A stretch of 64,000 bases of DNA, from assembly GCA_030693145.1 (NCBI GenBank), contig JAUYBI010000049.1:7305-71304 (forward strand), given 5' to 3'. The DNA is from Candidatus Omnitrophota bacterium. GTDB taxonomy: Bacteria > Omnitrophota > Gorgyraeia > Gygaellales > Profunditerraquicolaceae. A program made the translations under genes and the position numbers. The notes beneath the pieces are model-generated. The model was given only the letters and a program-made list of their open reading frames with translations, had not been told where the DNA came from and ran no database searches. How positions within the stretch are numbered: position 1 is the first letter of the stretch; each line of letters opens with the position of its first letter. Shown piece after piece: positions 38,506 to 46,986 of the stretch.

Positions 38506-38583
38506 AGTTATGGGAGATGTAAATGTTTGATATAGTTAATATTTATGAGAAAAGAAATTCCTTATCCCTCTTTCGGCATTTTA

Positions 38584-38630
38584 AATAAGAAATGGGGTCA
38601 GATCTAATAGATCTGACCCCATTTCTTATT
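38584..38630. repeat. Perfect 23-bp-arm palindrome; possible bidirectional terminator just outside att
   Basis: AATAAGAAATGGGGTCAGATCTA-A-TAGATCTGACCCCATTTCTTATT. Confidence 0.85.
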
Positions 38631-38646
38631 GACCTTATTTAAAAGC

Positions 38647-38847
38647 TTATATTTTTTTTACGTTAGTTGCCTGGTCGCCTTTGGGGCCTTGAGTAACCTC
38701 AAATTCAACTTCATCGCCTTCTGCTAAAGATTTATATCCTTCTCCGGTGATAGCGCTGAAGTGAATGAAAACATCTTTGCCATCTTCAGAAGTAACAAAT
38801 CCGTAACCCTTTTGGTTGCTAAACCACTTTACTTTACCCTTTGCCAT
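38647..38847 (-). CDS. Cold-shock protein
   Basis: GKVKWF, KGYGFV, DVFIHFS. Confidence 0.96.
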   Translation of the reverse strand: MAKGKVKWFSNQKGYGFVTSEDGKDVFIHFSAITGEGYKSLAEGDEVEFEVTQGPKGDQATNVKKI

Positions 38848-39086
38848 TTTGTTTCACCTCCTCTTAAGATAAAAAAAAATCCGCAAAGCATGGTTATTTT
38901 TTGTTGCTGCTTTGCGGTTTATACGTGTTACTAATCAATTTCTTTGTTTCTCCTCTAGACTGATCTTATGTAATAAATATATCATGAATTGTCAATTTGT
39001 CAACCCTTTTTCCAATTCTAAGCGAGTAATTGACTATTATCCAGGAATTGGTATAATGTTGAAAAATTGCCGAGTAAGATATTATT

Positions 39087-39159
39087 GCCGATGTAGCTCA
39101 GTTGGTAGAGCAGGACTTTCGTAAAGTCAAGGTCGGTGGTTCGATTCCACTCATCGGCT
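39087..39159 (+). tRNA. tRNA-Thr(CGT)
   Basis: GCCGATG/CATCGGC acceptor stem, anticodon loop TTCGTAA, T-loop TTCGATT. Confidence 0.92.
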
Positions 39160-39180
39160 TAAGTTTAGTTTTCTCACCCT

Positions 39181-40446
39181 ATGGCCAGATTACGCGAAGT
39201 TTTAAAAAATCGCAACTTCTTTTTATTGTGGAGCGGCCAGATTGTCTCCCAGCTGGGGGATAGATTAGGCCAGATGGCCCTGATTGCTTTAGTCTATTTG
39301 CGCGCGCCGGGGTCAACACTGCAAATTGCCAAAATCCTTTCATTCACGATCATCCCGGTATTTATAATCGGCCCTTTAGCCGGGGTTTATGTGGACCGTT
39401 GGGACAGGCGGCGCACGATGTATGTCTGTGATTTCTTGCGCAGTTTACTGGTTTTTACCATTCCTTTATTTTTATTCTATGCTAAAAGTTTAGCCCTCAT
39501 TTATTTGATTATTTTTATTGCTTTTTCTATCGGCAGGTTTTATGTCCCGGCCAAGCTTTCGATTATACCGGACCTGGTGGATAAAAAAGACCTGTTGGTT
39601 GCCAATTCCCTGATTAACACCTCCGGAATGATCGCGGCAATCTTAGGTTTTGGGATAAGCGGCGTATTGGTAGAGAAGCTGGGGGCCAAAAGCGGTTTTT
39701 ATCTGGATTCTTTAAGTTTTTTAATTTCCGGGACATTTATTTTCCTGATCTCCAAGCGGTTTGTGTCCGCGATGGATTTTAAATCCGAATTCCGGCAGGT
39801 AAGTAAAGAGATTGTGGAGGTAATTAGAAAATCGGTATTTCAAGAGATCCGGGAAGGTATCGCTTATTTTATCCGTAAAAAAGATATCCGTTTTACCGCG
39901 GGGATCATTTTTGCGCTTTGGTCAGCTTTAGGAGCGGTTTATGTCGTCGCTATTGTTTTTGTGCAAAAGGCATTGCATTCGGCAACCAAGGACCTGGGGC
40001 TTTTGGTAATGTTTTTGGGAATTGGTTTATTTCTGGGTTCTTTGATTTATGGCAAGTTTGGCCAGCGTGTTTCGCATTATAAAATAATATTTGTCTGTTT
40101 GGTCGCCAGTGGTATAATGCTGGTCGTCTTTGCCTTGGGAATACATTATTATCCTAATTTTATTGTCGCGGCATTTTTGGCTTTGTGTTTAGGTTTGATT
40201 ATTGCCCCGATTATGATTGCTTCCAATACGATCATTCATAATGTCAGCGATAATGAGATGCTGGGCAAGATTTTTAGTTCCCTGGAAATTGTGATGCATC
40301 TGGGGTTTCTTTCGTTTATGTTTATCAGCAGCGTGCTGGCGGAGAAATTTTCGCATGTATTAATTTTGGTTAGCGTGGGTGGTTTATTAAGCGTGCTGGG
40401 TGTAGTCAGTTTGATTTTTAATCGAAAGGCGGCATGGTTAGATTAG
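39181..40446 (+). CDS. MFS transporter
   Basis: AGVYVDRWDRR motif A, ~12 TM. Confidence 0.9.
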   Translation: MARLREVLKNRNFFLLWSGQIVSQLGDRLGQMALIALVYLRAPGSTLQIAKILSFTIIPVFIIGPLAGVYVDRWDRRRTMYVCDFLRSLLVFTIPLFLFYAKSLALIYLIIFIAFSIGRFYVPAKLSIIPDLVDKKDLLVANSLINTSGMIAAILGFGISGVLVEKLGAKSGFYLDSLSFLISGTFIFLISKRFVSAMDFKSEFRQVSKEIVEVIRKSVFQEIREGIAYFIRKKDIRFTAGIIFALWSALGAVYVVAIVFVQKALHSATKDLGLLVMFLGIGLFLGSLIYGKFGQRVSHYKIIFVCLVASGIMLVVFALGIHYYPNFIVAAFLALCLGLIIAPIMIASNTIIHNVSDNEMLGKIFSSLEIVMHLGFLSFMFISSVLAEKFSHVLILVSVGGLLSVLGVVSLIFNRKAAWLD

Positions 40447-41702
40447 CGGAAAATAAACATTATTCAGAAAACAAGGCGACGCAGAGTTTACCGCTTCCGC
40501 TGAAAGTTTATCTTCCTTTAATCCAGCATTTAGGAAAGATATGTAATCCGGAAGTAAAAGTTGGCGATACGGTTAGCCTCGGCCAGAAGATTGCCAGCAT
40601 CGCGGCCCATGTTTATGCGCCCATTCATGCCTCGATATCGGGTAAGGTCGTGGCTGTCCAGGATTGGCCGCACCCTGTTTTAGGCAGGGCTAAAGCCGTG
40701 GTCATTGAAGGTGATGGCCAGGATAATTCCGCAGCATTTTACTTGAAAAACCAGCAAGAGATAGATAAATTAACGGCGCAGGATTTGAGAAAAATTGTTT
40801 TAGATGCCGGGATAGTCGGGATGGGCGGGGCGAGTTTTCCCACGCACATCAAACTTAATCCCCCGCAGCCGGTAGACATTCTGATTATTAACGGCGCAGA
40901 GTGCGAGCCGTATTTAACCGCGGACGCCAGGTTAATGGTTGAGAAAACCGCGGAGATATCCTTAGGTATTGCGTTAGTTGCCAGGTGTTTAGGCGTGCAA
41001 AAAATTTATATTGGGATAGAGGAAAATAAACCTGAAGCGATCAAGGTTTTTTCCGGAATTTCCGGTTTCCGGGTCAAAGTTTTGCCGTCGGATTATCCGC
41101 AAGGCGGAGAAAAACAATTAATTCAGAATATATTAGGCAAAGAGATTCCCCGCGGTAAGCTGCCCTTTGATATCGGCGTTTTGGTGCAGAATGTAGCGAC
41201 AGTGTATGCAATTTATGAGGCGGTTTATAAAGGTAAGCCTTTGATTGAGCGGATCGTTACGGTTACAGGCAGTTGCCTGCAAAACCCGAAGAATTTACTC
41301 GTGCGCCTAGGCACACCCATCAAGAACTTGATAGAGTTTTGCGGGCCGCTTAAAGAACCGCCGGCAAAAATTATTATCGGCGGGCCGATGATGGGTATTG
41401 CCCAGTATACGGATGAGGTTCCGATCATAAAATCCAGCGGCGGCCTGTTATTGATGAATAAAAAAGAAGCTAAAATTACAGAAGAAGATCCTTGCATCCG
41501 CTGCGCCGCCTGCGTGCGCGGCTGTCCGGTGGGGCTAATGCCTTGCCAGATTAATTTAGCCTCGGAAAGATTGCTTTGGGATTTAACTAAGGAGTATGGA
41601 GCCAGTGATTGTATCGAGTGCGGTATATGTAATTATGTTTGTCCTTCTAACCGGAGATTGTTGCAGACGATTAAAAGGGCAAAGTTAGAGGTAGCCAAAT
41701 GA
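40434..41702 (+). CDS. rnfC: Rnf complex subunit C
   Basis: GIVGMGGA.FPT, NGAECEPYLT, YPQGGEK, two 4Fe-4S motifs. Confidence 0.95.
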   Translation: MVRLAENKHYSENKATQSLPLPLKVYLPLIQHLGKICNPEVKVGDTVSLGQKIASIAAHVYAPIHASISGKVVAVQDWPHPVLGRAKAVVIEGDGQDNSAAFYLKNQQEIDKLTAQDLRKIVLDAGIVGMGGASFPTHIKLNPPQPVDILIINGAECEPYLTADARLMVEKTAEISLGIALVARCLGVQKIYIGIEENKPEAIKVFSGISGFRVKVLPSDYPQGGEKQLIQNILGKEIPRGKLPFDIGVLVQNVATVYAIYEAVYKGKPLIERIVTVTGSCLQNPKNLLVRLGTPIKNLIEFCGPLKEPPAKIIIGGPMMGIAQYTDEVPIIKSSGGLLLMNKKEAKITEEDPCIRCAACVRGCPVGLMPCQINLASERLLWDLTKEYGASDCIECGICNYVCPSNRRLLQTIKRAKLEVAK

Positions 41703-41758
41703 CCCATTCGACTTTTGCTCAGGGTCATCCTGAGCGACTGAAAGGAGTCGAAGGATGA
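41699..41758. repeat. ATGA-junction palindromic element (copy 2)
   Basis: ATGA-CCCATTCGACTTTTGCTCAGGG-TCAT-CCTGAGCGACTGAAAGGAGTCGAAGG-ATGA. Confidence 0.85.
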
Positions 41759-42390
41759 AAGAGATGGCGCGTTACGGTTTCATTTTAGCATTTATTTGTG
41801 TAGTGGCCGCGGGGTTGCTGGCGATAGTGAATACGCTTACCGGCCCTAAAATTATTGCCGCCGCGCAATCCGAGGAACAGGCAGCGCTTAAAGAGGTTAT
41901 GCCTTTGGCTGCCAAATTTACCGCGGTTAAGCCTCCTGCGGCTGAGGAAATATTATATTATAAGGCATTTGACGCCCAAGGTAAGTTAATCGGTTTTGTT
42001 TTTAAAGCCAGCGGTAAAGGATATTCCAGCGTCATTGAAACCTTAGCCGGGATATTCCCGGATGGAAAAATCAGCGCGATAAAAATCATATCTTTGAATG
42101 AGACCCCGGGCTTAGGCATGCGGGTAGCGGAAGATAAATTTACCGCTCAGTTTAATCGTCAGAGTAGTTTGGATTTATTTGGAGTTCAGGCAATTACCGG
42201 GGCAACAATTTCCAGCCGCGCGGTAATGAATTCAGTGATGAAAAAAGCTCAAGAGATAAAAGCATTGATAAAAAATGACCCATTCGATGGTTCGACTAAG
42301 CTCACCATCGACACTGAGCAGGGTCGAAGTGTCGACTCCGCTCAGGGTCATGCTGAGCTAACCAAAGGAGAGTCGAAGCATGACAAATAA
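41755..42390 (+). CDS. rnfG: Rnf complex subunit G (C-terminus extended by a repeat insertion)
   Basis: ETPGLG, ITGATISS FMN motif. Confidence 0.93.
   Translation: MKEMARYGFILAFICVVAAGLLAIVNTLTGPKIIAAAQSEEQAALKEVMPLAAKFTAVKPPAAEEILYYKAFDAQGKLIGFVFKASGKGYSSVIETLAGIFPDGKISAIKIISLNETPGLGMRVAEDKFTAQFNRQSSLDLFGVQAITGATISSRAVMNSVMKKAQEIKALIKNDPFDGSTKLTIDTEQGRSVDSAQGHAELTKGESKHDK
42275..42383. repeat. ATGA-junction palindromic element (copy 3) with a nested second copy
   Basis: 105-bp in-frame insert between ATGA 42275 and ATGA 42380; inner copy flanked by TCGA. Confidence 0.85.
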
Positions 42391-43330
42391 TCTTATTGTT
42401 TCCGGTTCGCCGCATATCCATAAACCAGCATCCATTTCCCGGATTATGTGGACGGTGGTAATCAGCCTTATCCCCGCGGGGATTGCGGGTGTAATTATTT
42501 TCGGACTGGATGCTTTATGGGTAACCTTGGTGGCGGTGGCTGCCGCGGTATTAACGGAATTGCTCTTTGGAATATGGACGAAAAAGAAGATTACGGTTCT
42601 GGATGGCTCGGCGGTAATTACCGGTATATTATTAGCTTTTAATCTTCCTTCGGGAGTGCCGTTATGGTTACCGATTGTGGGAGCGGTATTTTCTATTGCC
42701 ATTGGTAAACAGGTTTTTGGCGGTTTAGGGCAAAATATTTTTAATCCGGCGTTGGTGGGCAGGGTTTTTCTGATGGCCTCCTGGCCAAAATATATGACTA
42801 CCTTTACCCAGCCTCTGCGTGCAGCCGGGTATGATGCCATCACTAGCGCTACTCCTTTGGCCATGCTTAAAGAAGGCAAGGTTTTAGAGCACATTCGGTA
42901 TCTGGATTTATTTTTGGGTAAGCACGGCGGATGTATTGGTGAGGTTTGTATCCTGGCATTATTAATCGGGGCAGCGTTACTTTTAATTAAAGGTTATATT
43001 TCCTGGCACATTCCGGTAACCTATATTTTTACCACGGCAGTGTTTACCTATATTTTTGGAGGAAGGCAGCTTTTTGGCGGAGATTGGTTATTTCATATTT
43101 TAAGCGGCGGGTTAATTCTGGGGGCATTTTTTATGGCTACGGATTATGTGGCTACTCCTTTAACGGCCAAGGGCCAGCTAATTTTTGGCCTGGGTTGTGG
43201 CTTGCTTACTGCGGTGATCCGGATTTGGGGAGGCTATCCCGAAGGCGTATCCTATGCCATATTGATGATGAATGCCGCTACACCATTTATTGACAGGTAT
43301 ACTAAGTGTAGAATTTACGGAACAAAATGA
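42380..43330 (+). CDS. rnfD: Rnf complex subunit D
   Basis: SPHI, FGGLGQNIFNPAL, SATPL, FMATD. Confidence 0.95.
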   Translation: MTNNLIVSGSPHIHKPASISRIMWTVVISLIPAGIAGVIIFGLDALWVTLVAVAAAVLTELLFGIWTKKKITVLDGSAVITGILLAFNLPSGVPLWLPIVGAVFSIAIGKQVFGGLGQNIFNPALVGRVFLMASWPKYMTTFTQPLRAAGYDAITSATPLAMLKEGKVLEHIRYLDLFLGKHGGCIGEVCILALLIGAALLLIKGYISWHIPVTYIFTTAVFTYIFGGRQLFGGDWLFHILSGGLILGAFFMATDYVATPLTAKGQLIFGLGCGLLTAVIRIWGGYPEGVSYAILMMNAATPFIDRYTKCRIYGTK

Positions 43331-43496
43331 CCCCTGGATATCTTTCCCTGGGTCATTTTGAACGAGCGGACATTGGAATAAACCTTGCTGATTTTTATTA
43401 ATTATCAATTACAGTAGGAGAGGTTTAAACCTCTCCTACTGTCGAAAATCAGAAAGTTTGTTACACTATCAACGAGCGAAGCGAGTCGAAGAATGA
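43327..43496. repeat. Degenerate ATGA-junction element (copy 4) with nested hairpin and GTAG palindrome (43414-43439)
   Basis: ATGACCC...GGGTCAT...GAGTCGAAGA-ATGA; AACGAGCG duplicated at 43361 and 43471. Confidence 0.75.
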
Positions 43497-44086
43497 AAAA
43501 CCTGATTAAAGAATTTACTAAAGGTATCATTAAAGAAAATCCGACATTTGTCCTGGCTTTAGGCTTATGCCCGACATTGGCAGTTTCTGTATCGGTAGCT
43601 AACGCCATTGGCATGGGAATTGCCGCTACCTTCGTGCTTTTGGGCTCCAGTTTAATTATCTCATTAATCAGAGATTTTATTCCTGACAAGATCCGCATAC
43701 CCTGTTACATTGTGATCATCGCTACTTTTGTTACTATCGCTGAGTTGTGTATGAAGGCTTACAGCCCGGCGTTAGACCGTTCCTTAGGTATTTATGTCCC
43801 GCTGATCGTGGTTAACTGTATAGTTTTAGGCCGGGCAGAAGCATTCGCCTGCAAGAATAATTTAGCGCGTTCATTCTTTGATGGTTTAGGCATGGGCGTA
43901 GGCTTTACCTTGGCGCTGATCCTTATTTCGGCGATCCGGGAATTTTTGGGTTCCGGCCAGATCTTGGGCCATACCTTAGTTAAAGGGTTTGAACCGATTT
44001 TTGTTTTTGGCATGCCTTCCGGCGCCCTGTTAGTCATTGGCCTGCTGTTAGGTTTATTTAATCTCCTTAAGGATAAGAGAGCATGA
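43493..44086 (+). CDS. rnfE: Rnf complex subunit E
   Basis: LGLCPTLAVS, PLIVVNC..LGRAE. Confidence 0.95.
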   Translation: MKNLIKEFTKGIIKENPTFVLALGLCPTLAVSVSVANAIGMGIAATFVLLGSSLIISLIRDFIPDKIRIPCYIVIIATFVTIAELCMKAYSPALDRSLGIYVPLIVVNCIVLGRAEAFACKNNLARSFFDGLGMGVGFTLALILISAIREFLGSGQILGHTLVKGFEPIFVFGMPSGALLVIGLLLGLFNLLKDKRA

Positions 44087-44691
44087 ACATTCAGGAATTT
44101 TTGACCATATTTATCTCCGCGGTATTTGTCTACAATGTCATCCTTTCGCGTTTTTTAGGTCTCTGTTCATTTATTGCTATTTCCAAAGAGACTAAGCCGG
44201 CATTGGCCATGAGCTCGGCGGTAATGTTTGTTATTGTGATGTCATCGGCAATTACCTGGTTTGTTTATCGTTTTTTACTTTTACCGTTTAATCTTGGTTA
44301 TCTGCGCACTATTTCGTTTATCTTAGTTATTGCTACTTTTGTGCAGCTGGTAGAAATGGTGATTAGAAAGGTAAGCCCGCAATTGTACCGCGCCTTCGGA
44401 ATCTATTTACCCTTAATTACCGTAAACTGCGCGGTATTAGGTGTGGCGGTATTGAATATTGATATGTTTTTTATAAATGGCAAGGCCGTGGCGGGAAGTT
44501 TTTATTATGCTGTTTTTCAGGGTGTATGCGTAGGGTTAGGGTATACTTTGGCGATGCTTTTAATGTCGGGTATCCGGGAAAGATTAGAGCTTTGTAATGT
44601 TCCCAAACCACTCAAGGATTTCCCTTTGGCCTTTATTATTGCTTCGATCTTAAGCTTAAGCTTTATGGGGTTTAGCGGATTTAAATTTTAA
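44083..44691 (+). CDS. rnfA: Rnf complex subunit A
   Basis: FLGLC.F, LPLITVNCAVLG. Confidence 0.95.
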   Translation: MNIQEFLTIFISAVFVYNVILSRFLGLCSFIAISKETKPALAMSSAVMFVIVMSSAITWFVYRFLLLPFNLGYLRTISFILVIATFVQLVEMVIRKVSPQLYRAFGIYLPLITVNCAVLGVAVLNIDMFFINGKAVAGSFYYAVFQGVCVGLGYTLAMLLMSGIRERLELCNVPKPLKDFPLAFIIASILSLSFMGFSGFKF

Positions 44692-44695
44692 TATT

Positions 44696-45484
44696 ATGGA
44701 AATTCTAATTGCGATTCTGGTTTTAGGGATTTTAGGTTTGACCTTTGGCATTGGATTAGCGATTGCTTCCAAGAAATTAGCGGTTCAGATTAATCCCAAA
44801 TTAGACCAGGTGCAGCACCTGCTTCCCGGATCAAATTGCGGGGCATGCGGAAATCCGGGCTGTTTTGGTTTTGCCGAAAGCCTGATAAGCGGAAAGAGCG
44901 CCGTTGAAGGCTGTCGAGTCTGTAATGATGAATCCAGGGAGGAGATTGCTAAAGTTTTGGGCCTGGCGCTGGCCAAACAAAATAAGAAGATCGCTGCCTT
45001 GCATTGTAATGGCGGTTTAAGGGTTAAAGATAAATACTTATATAACGGAGTCAATGATTGTATTGCTGCAAATTTAGTTTTAGGTGGGCAGAAGTGCTGC
45101 GTTTTTGCCTGTTTGGGTTTTGGCACTTGTGTAAAAGCCTGCCTTTTCGGAGCGATTACTATGTCGCCGGAAGCTTTGCCGGTAGTGGATAAAGTTAAAT
45201 GCCGCGCATGCAATAAATGCGTTTTGGTTTGCCCGAAGAAATTATTTTCACTGGTATCTGTAACTTATCCTGTTTATGTCGCCTGCAGTTCGCATGATTT
45301 AGGCAAGGACGTAAAGAATGTTTGTCCTGTGGGTTGTATTGCCTGTAAATTGTGCGAGAAGGCCTGCAAATTTGATGCCATACATGTAATAGATAACCTG
45401 GCGGTAATTGATTATCATAAGTGTACTTCCTGCCAAGCATGCGTAAAGGTTTGTCCCGCAAAAACAATCAGGGTGAGAGCTTGA
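44696..45484 (+). CDS. rnfB: Rnf complex subunit B
   Basis: LPGSNCGACG.PGC, multiple ferredoxin motifs. Confidence 0.95.
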   Translation: MEILIAILVLGILGLTFGIGLAIASKKLAVQINPKLDQVQHLLPGSNCGACGNPGCFGFAESLISGKSAVEGCRVCNDESREEIAKVLGLALAKQNKKIAALHCNGGLRVKDKYLYNGVNDCIAANLVLGGQKCCVFACLGFGTCVKACLFGAITMSPEALPVVDKVKCRACNKCVLVCPKKLFSLVSVTYPVYVACSSHDLGKDVKNVCPVGCIACKLCEKACKFDAIHVIDNLAVIDYHKCTSCQACVKVCPAKTIRVRA

Positions 45485-46059
45485 ACCTGGCTATATTTGC
45501 TTCAGGGAATGGAAGCAATTTTGCCGCGCTGGTTAAAGCAGTAAAAGAGAAAAAAATTAAAGTCAAGCTTGTAGTGTTGGTTTGCGATAAACCAGAAGCC
45601 TTTGTCGTTAAGCGCGCGCAAAAAGCTAAAGTTGCAGTAATTTTAGTCAGGCGCGAAGATTTCTCCAGCCGGCTTGATTTTGAAGCAGCGATCATCCAGA
45701 GATTAAAAAACTACAAGATAGATTTAATTGCTTTAGCGGGATTTATGCGTTTACTTAGCCCGGATTTTGTTAAACGCTACCGCAACCGGATAATGAATAT
45801 CCATCCTTCATTGCTTCCTGCGTTTAAAGGCGCTTATGCCATCCGGGATGCCTTCTGTGCCCGCGCGGATTCTACGGGGGTTACGGTGCATTTTATCGAT
45901 GAGGAAATTGACCACGGGCCGATTATTCTGCAGGAGAAGATAAAAATTAGAAGTAAGGATACCTTGGCGTCTCTGGAGAAGAGAATCCATCTTCTAGAGC
46001 ATAAGCTTTACCCCCAGGCAATTAAATTATTTATCAGCGGTAAAATAAAATTCTCCTAA
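45481..46059 (+). CDS. purN: Phosphoribosylglycinamide formyltransferase
   Basis: FASGNGSN, LAGFMR, NIHPSLLP, GVTVHF; start probably TTG 45481. Confidence 0.95.
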   Translation: MNLAIFASGNGSNFAALVKAVKEKKIKVKLVVLVCDKPEAFVVKRAQKAKVAVILVRREDFSSRLDFEAAIIQRLKNYKIDLIALAGFMRLLSPDFVKRYRNRIMNIHPSLLPAFKGAYAIRDAFCARADSTGVTVHFIDEEIDHGPIILQEKIKIRSKDTLASLEKRIHLLEHKLYPQAIKLFISGKIKFS

Positions 46060-46086
46060 AGGGGAGCAAGGGCGGGGCTTAGTTTT

Positions 46087-46986
46087 CTACTTTTTAAAAT
46101 TAGCCAAGATTGCTGTTTGGTTTAAAATTATACTCTTCCCGGTGGCCAGATTCGCCATTTCTACCAGAGCAAAATCTTTAAATTGGTAGGCATCTAAAGT
46201 ATAAGTAACTATCTTTAGGACCTCCTTATCAATATCGACACCGGCGGGAACTTCCGGCTTTTGAAATTTAAGTTTTATCCGGGTTTGAATCTGGTCCGCA
46301 ATAAACTCCTCCAAAGTTATATCCCGGTAATTTAAGTGGCTGCCAGTTTTGTCGCCGATGATTTCCGCGGAAATTGAGGTATCCTGGATAATGCGGTGCT
46401 GGTATTCGGTTTGGGAAATAAAACTATAGGAGAGTTTCTTTAAGTCCAGAAGATAAAAAATCTGTTTTATTTCAAACCCATTCCGAATATCCGCGGTAAC
46501 AATGCAGAAAAATAAAGGGATATCTTTTTTAGAGTTACCCATACTAAAAAGCACGCGGCGGATAACCTGCAATACATTAAAAATCTTTTCGTTAACCGAT
46601 TTATCCAGGGCCATCTCCTGAAGTTTTTCTTTTTCCGTAGTCGGGCGGACAAGGTAATTAACCCTTAATATTTTTTCATTCAGGGAATTCTTTTTGTCTT
46701 CCAATAAGAATCTTTCGACGTACTTTTCCGGTTTGTCGGGTTTAGAGACGATATTTTCAAGGGGCAGATATACCCAAAGAGTGCTGCCGGAAAGTTTGGT
46801 GGAGGTGTCCAGTTTATATTCTTTTTTACAGATATCTTTAACGGCTTGGGTGATATCTTCTTTTAGAAATGACGGCTTAACTGAGGAGTTACAAGCGGAT
46901 AAGAATAAGACTAAAGGGAGGAGCCTAAGGCCGGCTTTTACCAAACTCTTTGAAGATAGCTTCGATTTCATCATAATTAAGTTCAT
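46087..46986 (-). CDS. Hypothetical lipoprotein (start uncertain)
   Basis: Lipobox LSAC; overlaps ftsH 3' end. Confidence 0.7.
   Translation of the reverse strand: MNLIMMKSKLSSKSLVKAGLRLLPLVLFLSACNSSVKPSFLKEDITQAVKDICKKEYKLDTSTKLSGSTLWVYLPLENIVSKPDKPEKYVERFLLEDKKNSLNEKILRVNYLVRPTTEKEKLQEMALDKSVNEKIFNVLQVIRRVLFSMGNSKKDIPLFFCIVTADIRNGFEIKQIFYLLDLKKLSYSFISQTEYQHRIIQDTSISAEIIGDKTGSHLNYRDITLEEFIADQIQTRIKLKFQKPEVPAGVDIDKEVLKIVTYTLDAYQFKDFALVEMANLATGKSIILNQTAILANFKK

Larger units (their letters stand above)
24632..38581. mobile_element. tRNA-Phe-integrated genomic (defence) island
   Basis: att repeats TCCCTCTCTCGGCATTT (24632-24648) and TCCCTCTTTCGGCATTT (38565-38581); integrase adjacent to distal att; AT-richer cargo. 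Confidence 0.88.

Noticed and set aside
38912-39124. 70-aa ORF upstream of the MFS gene
   Set aside because: Overlaps divergent promoters and tRNA-Thr
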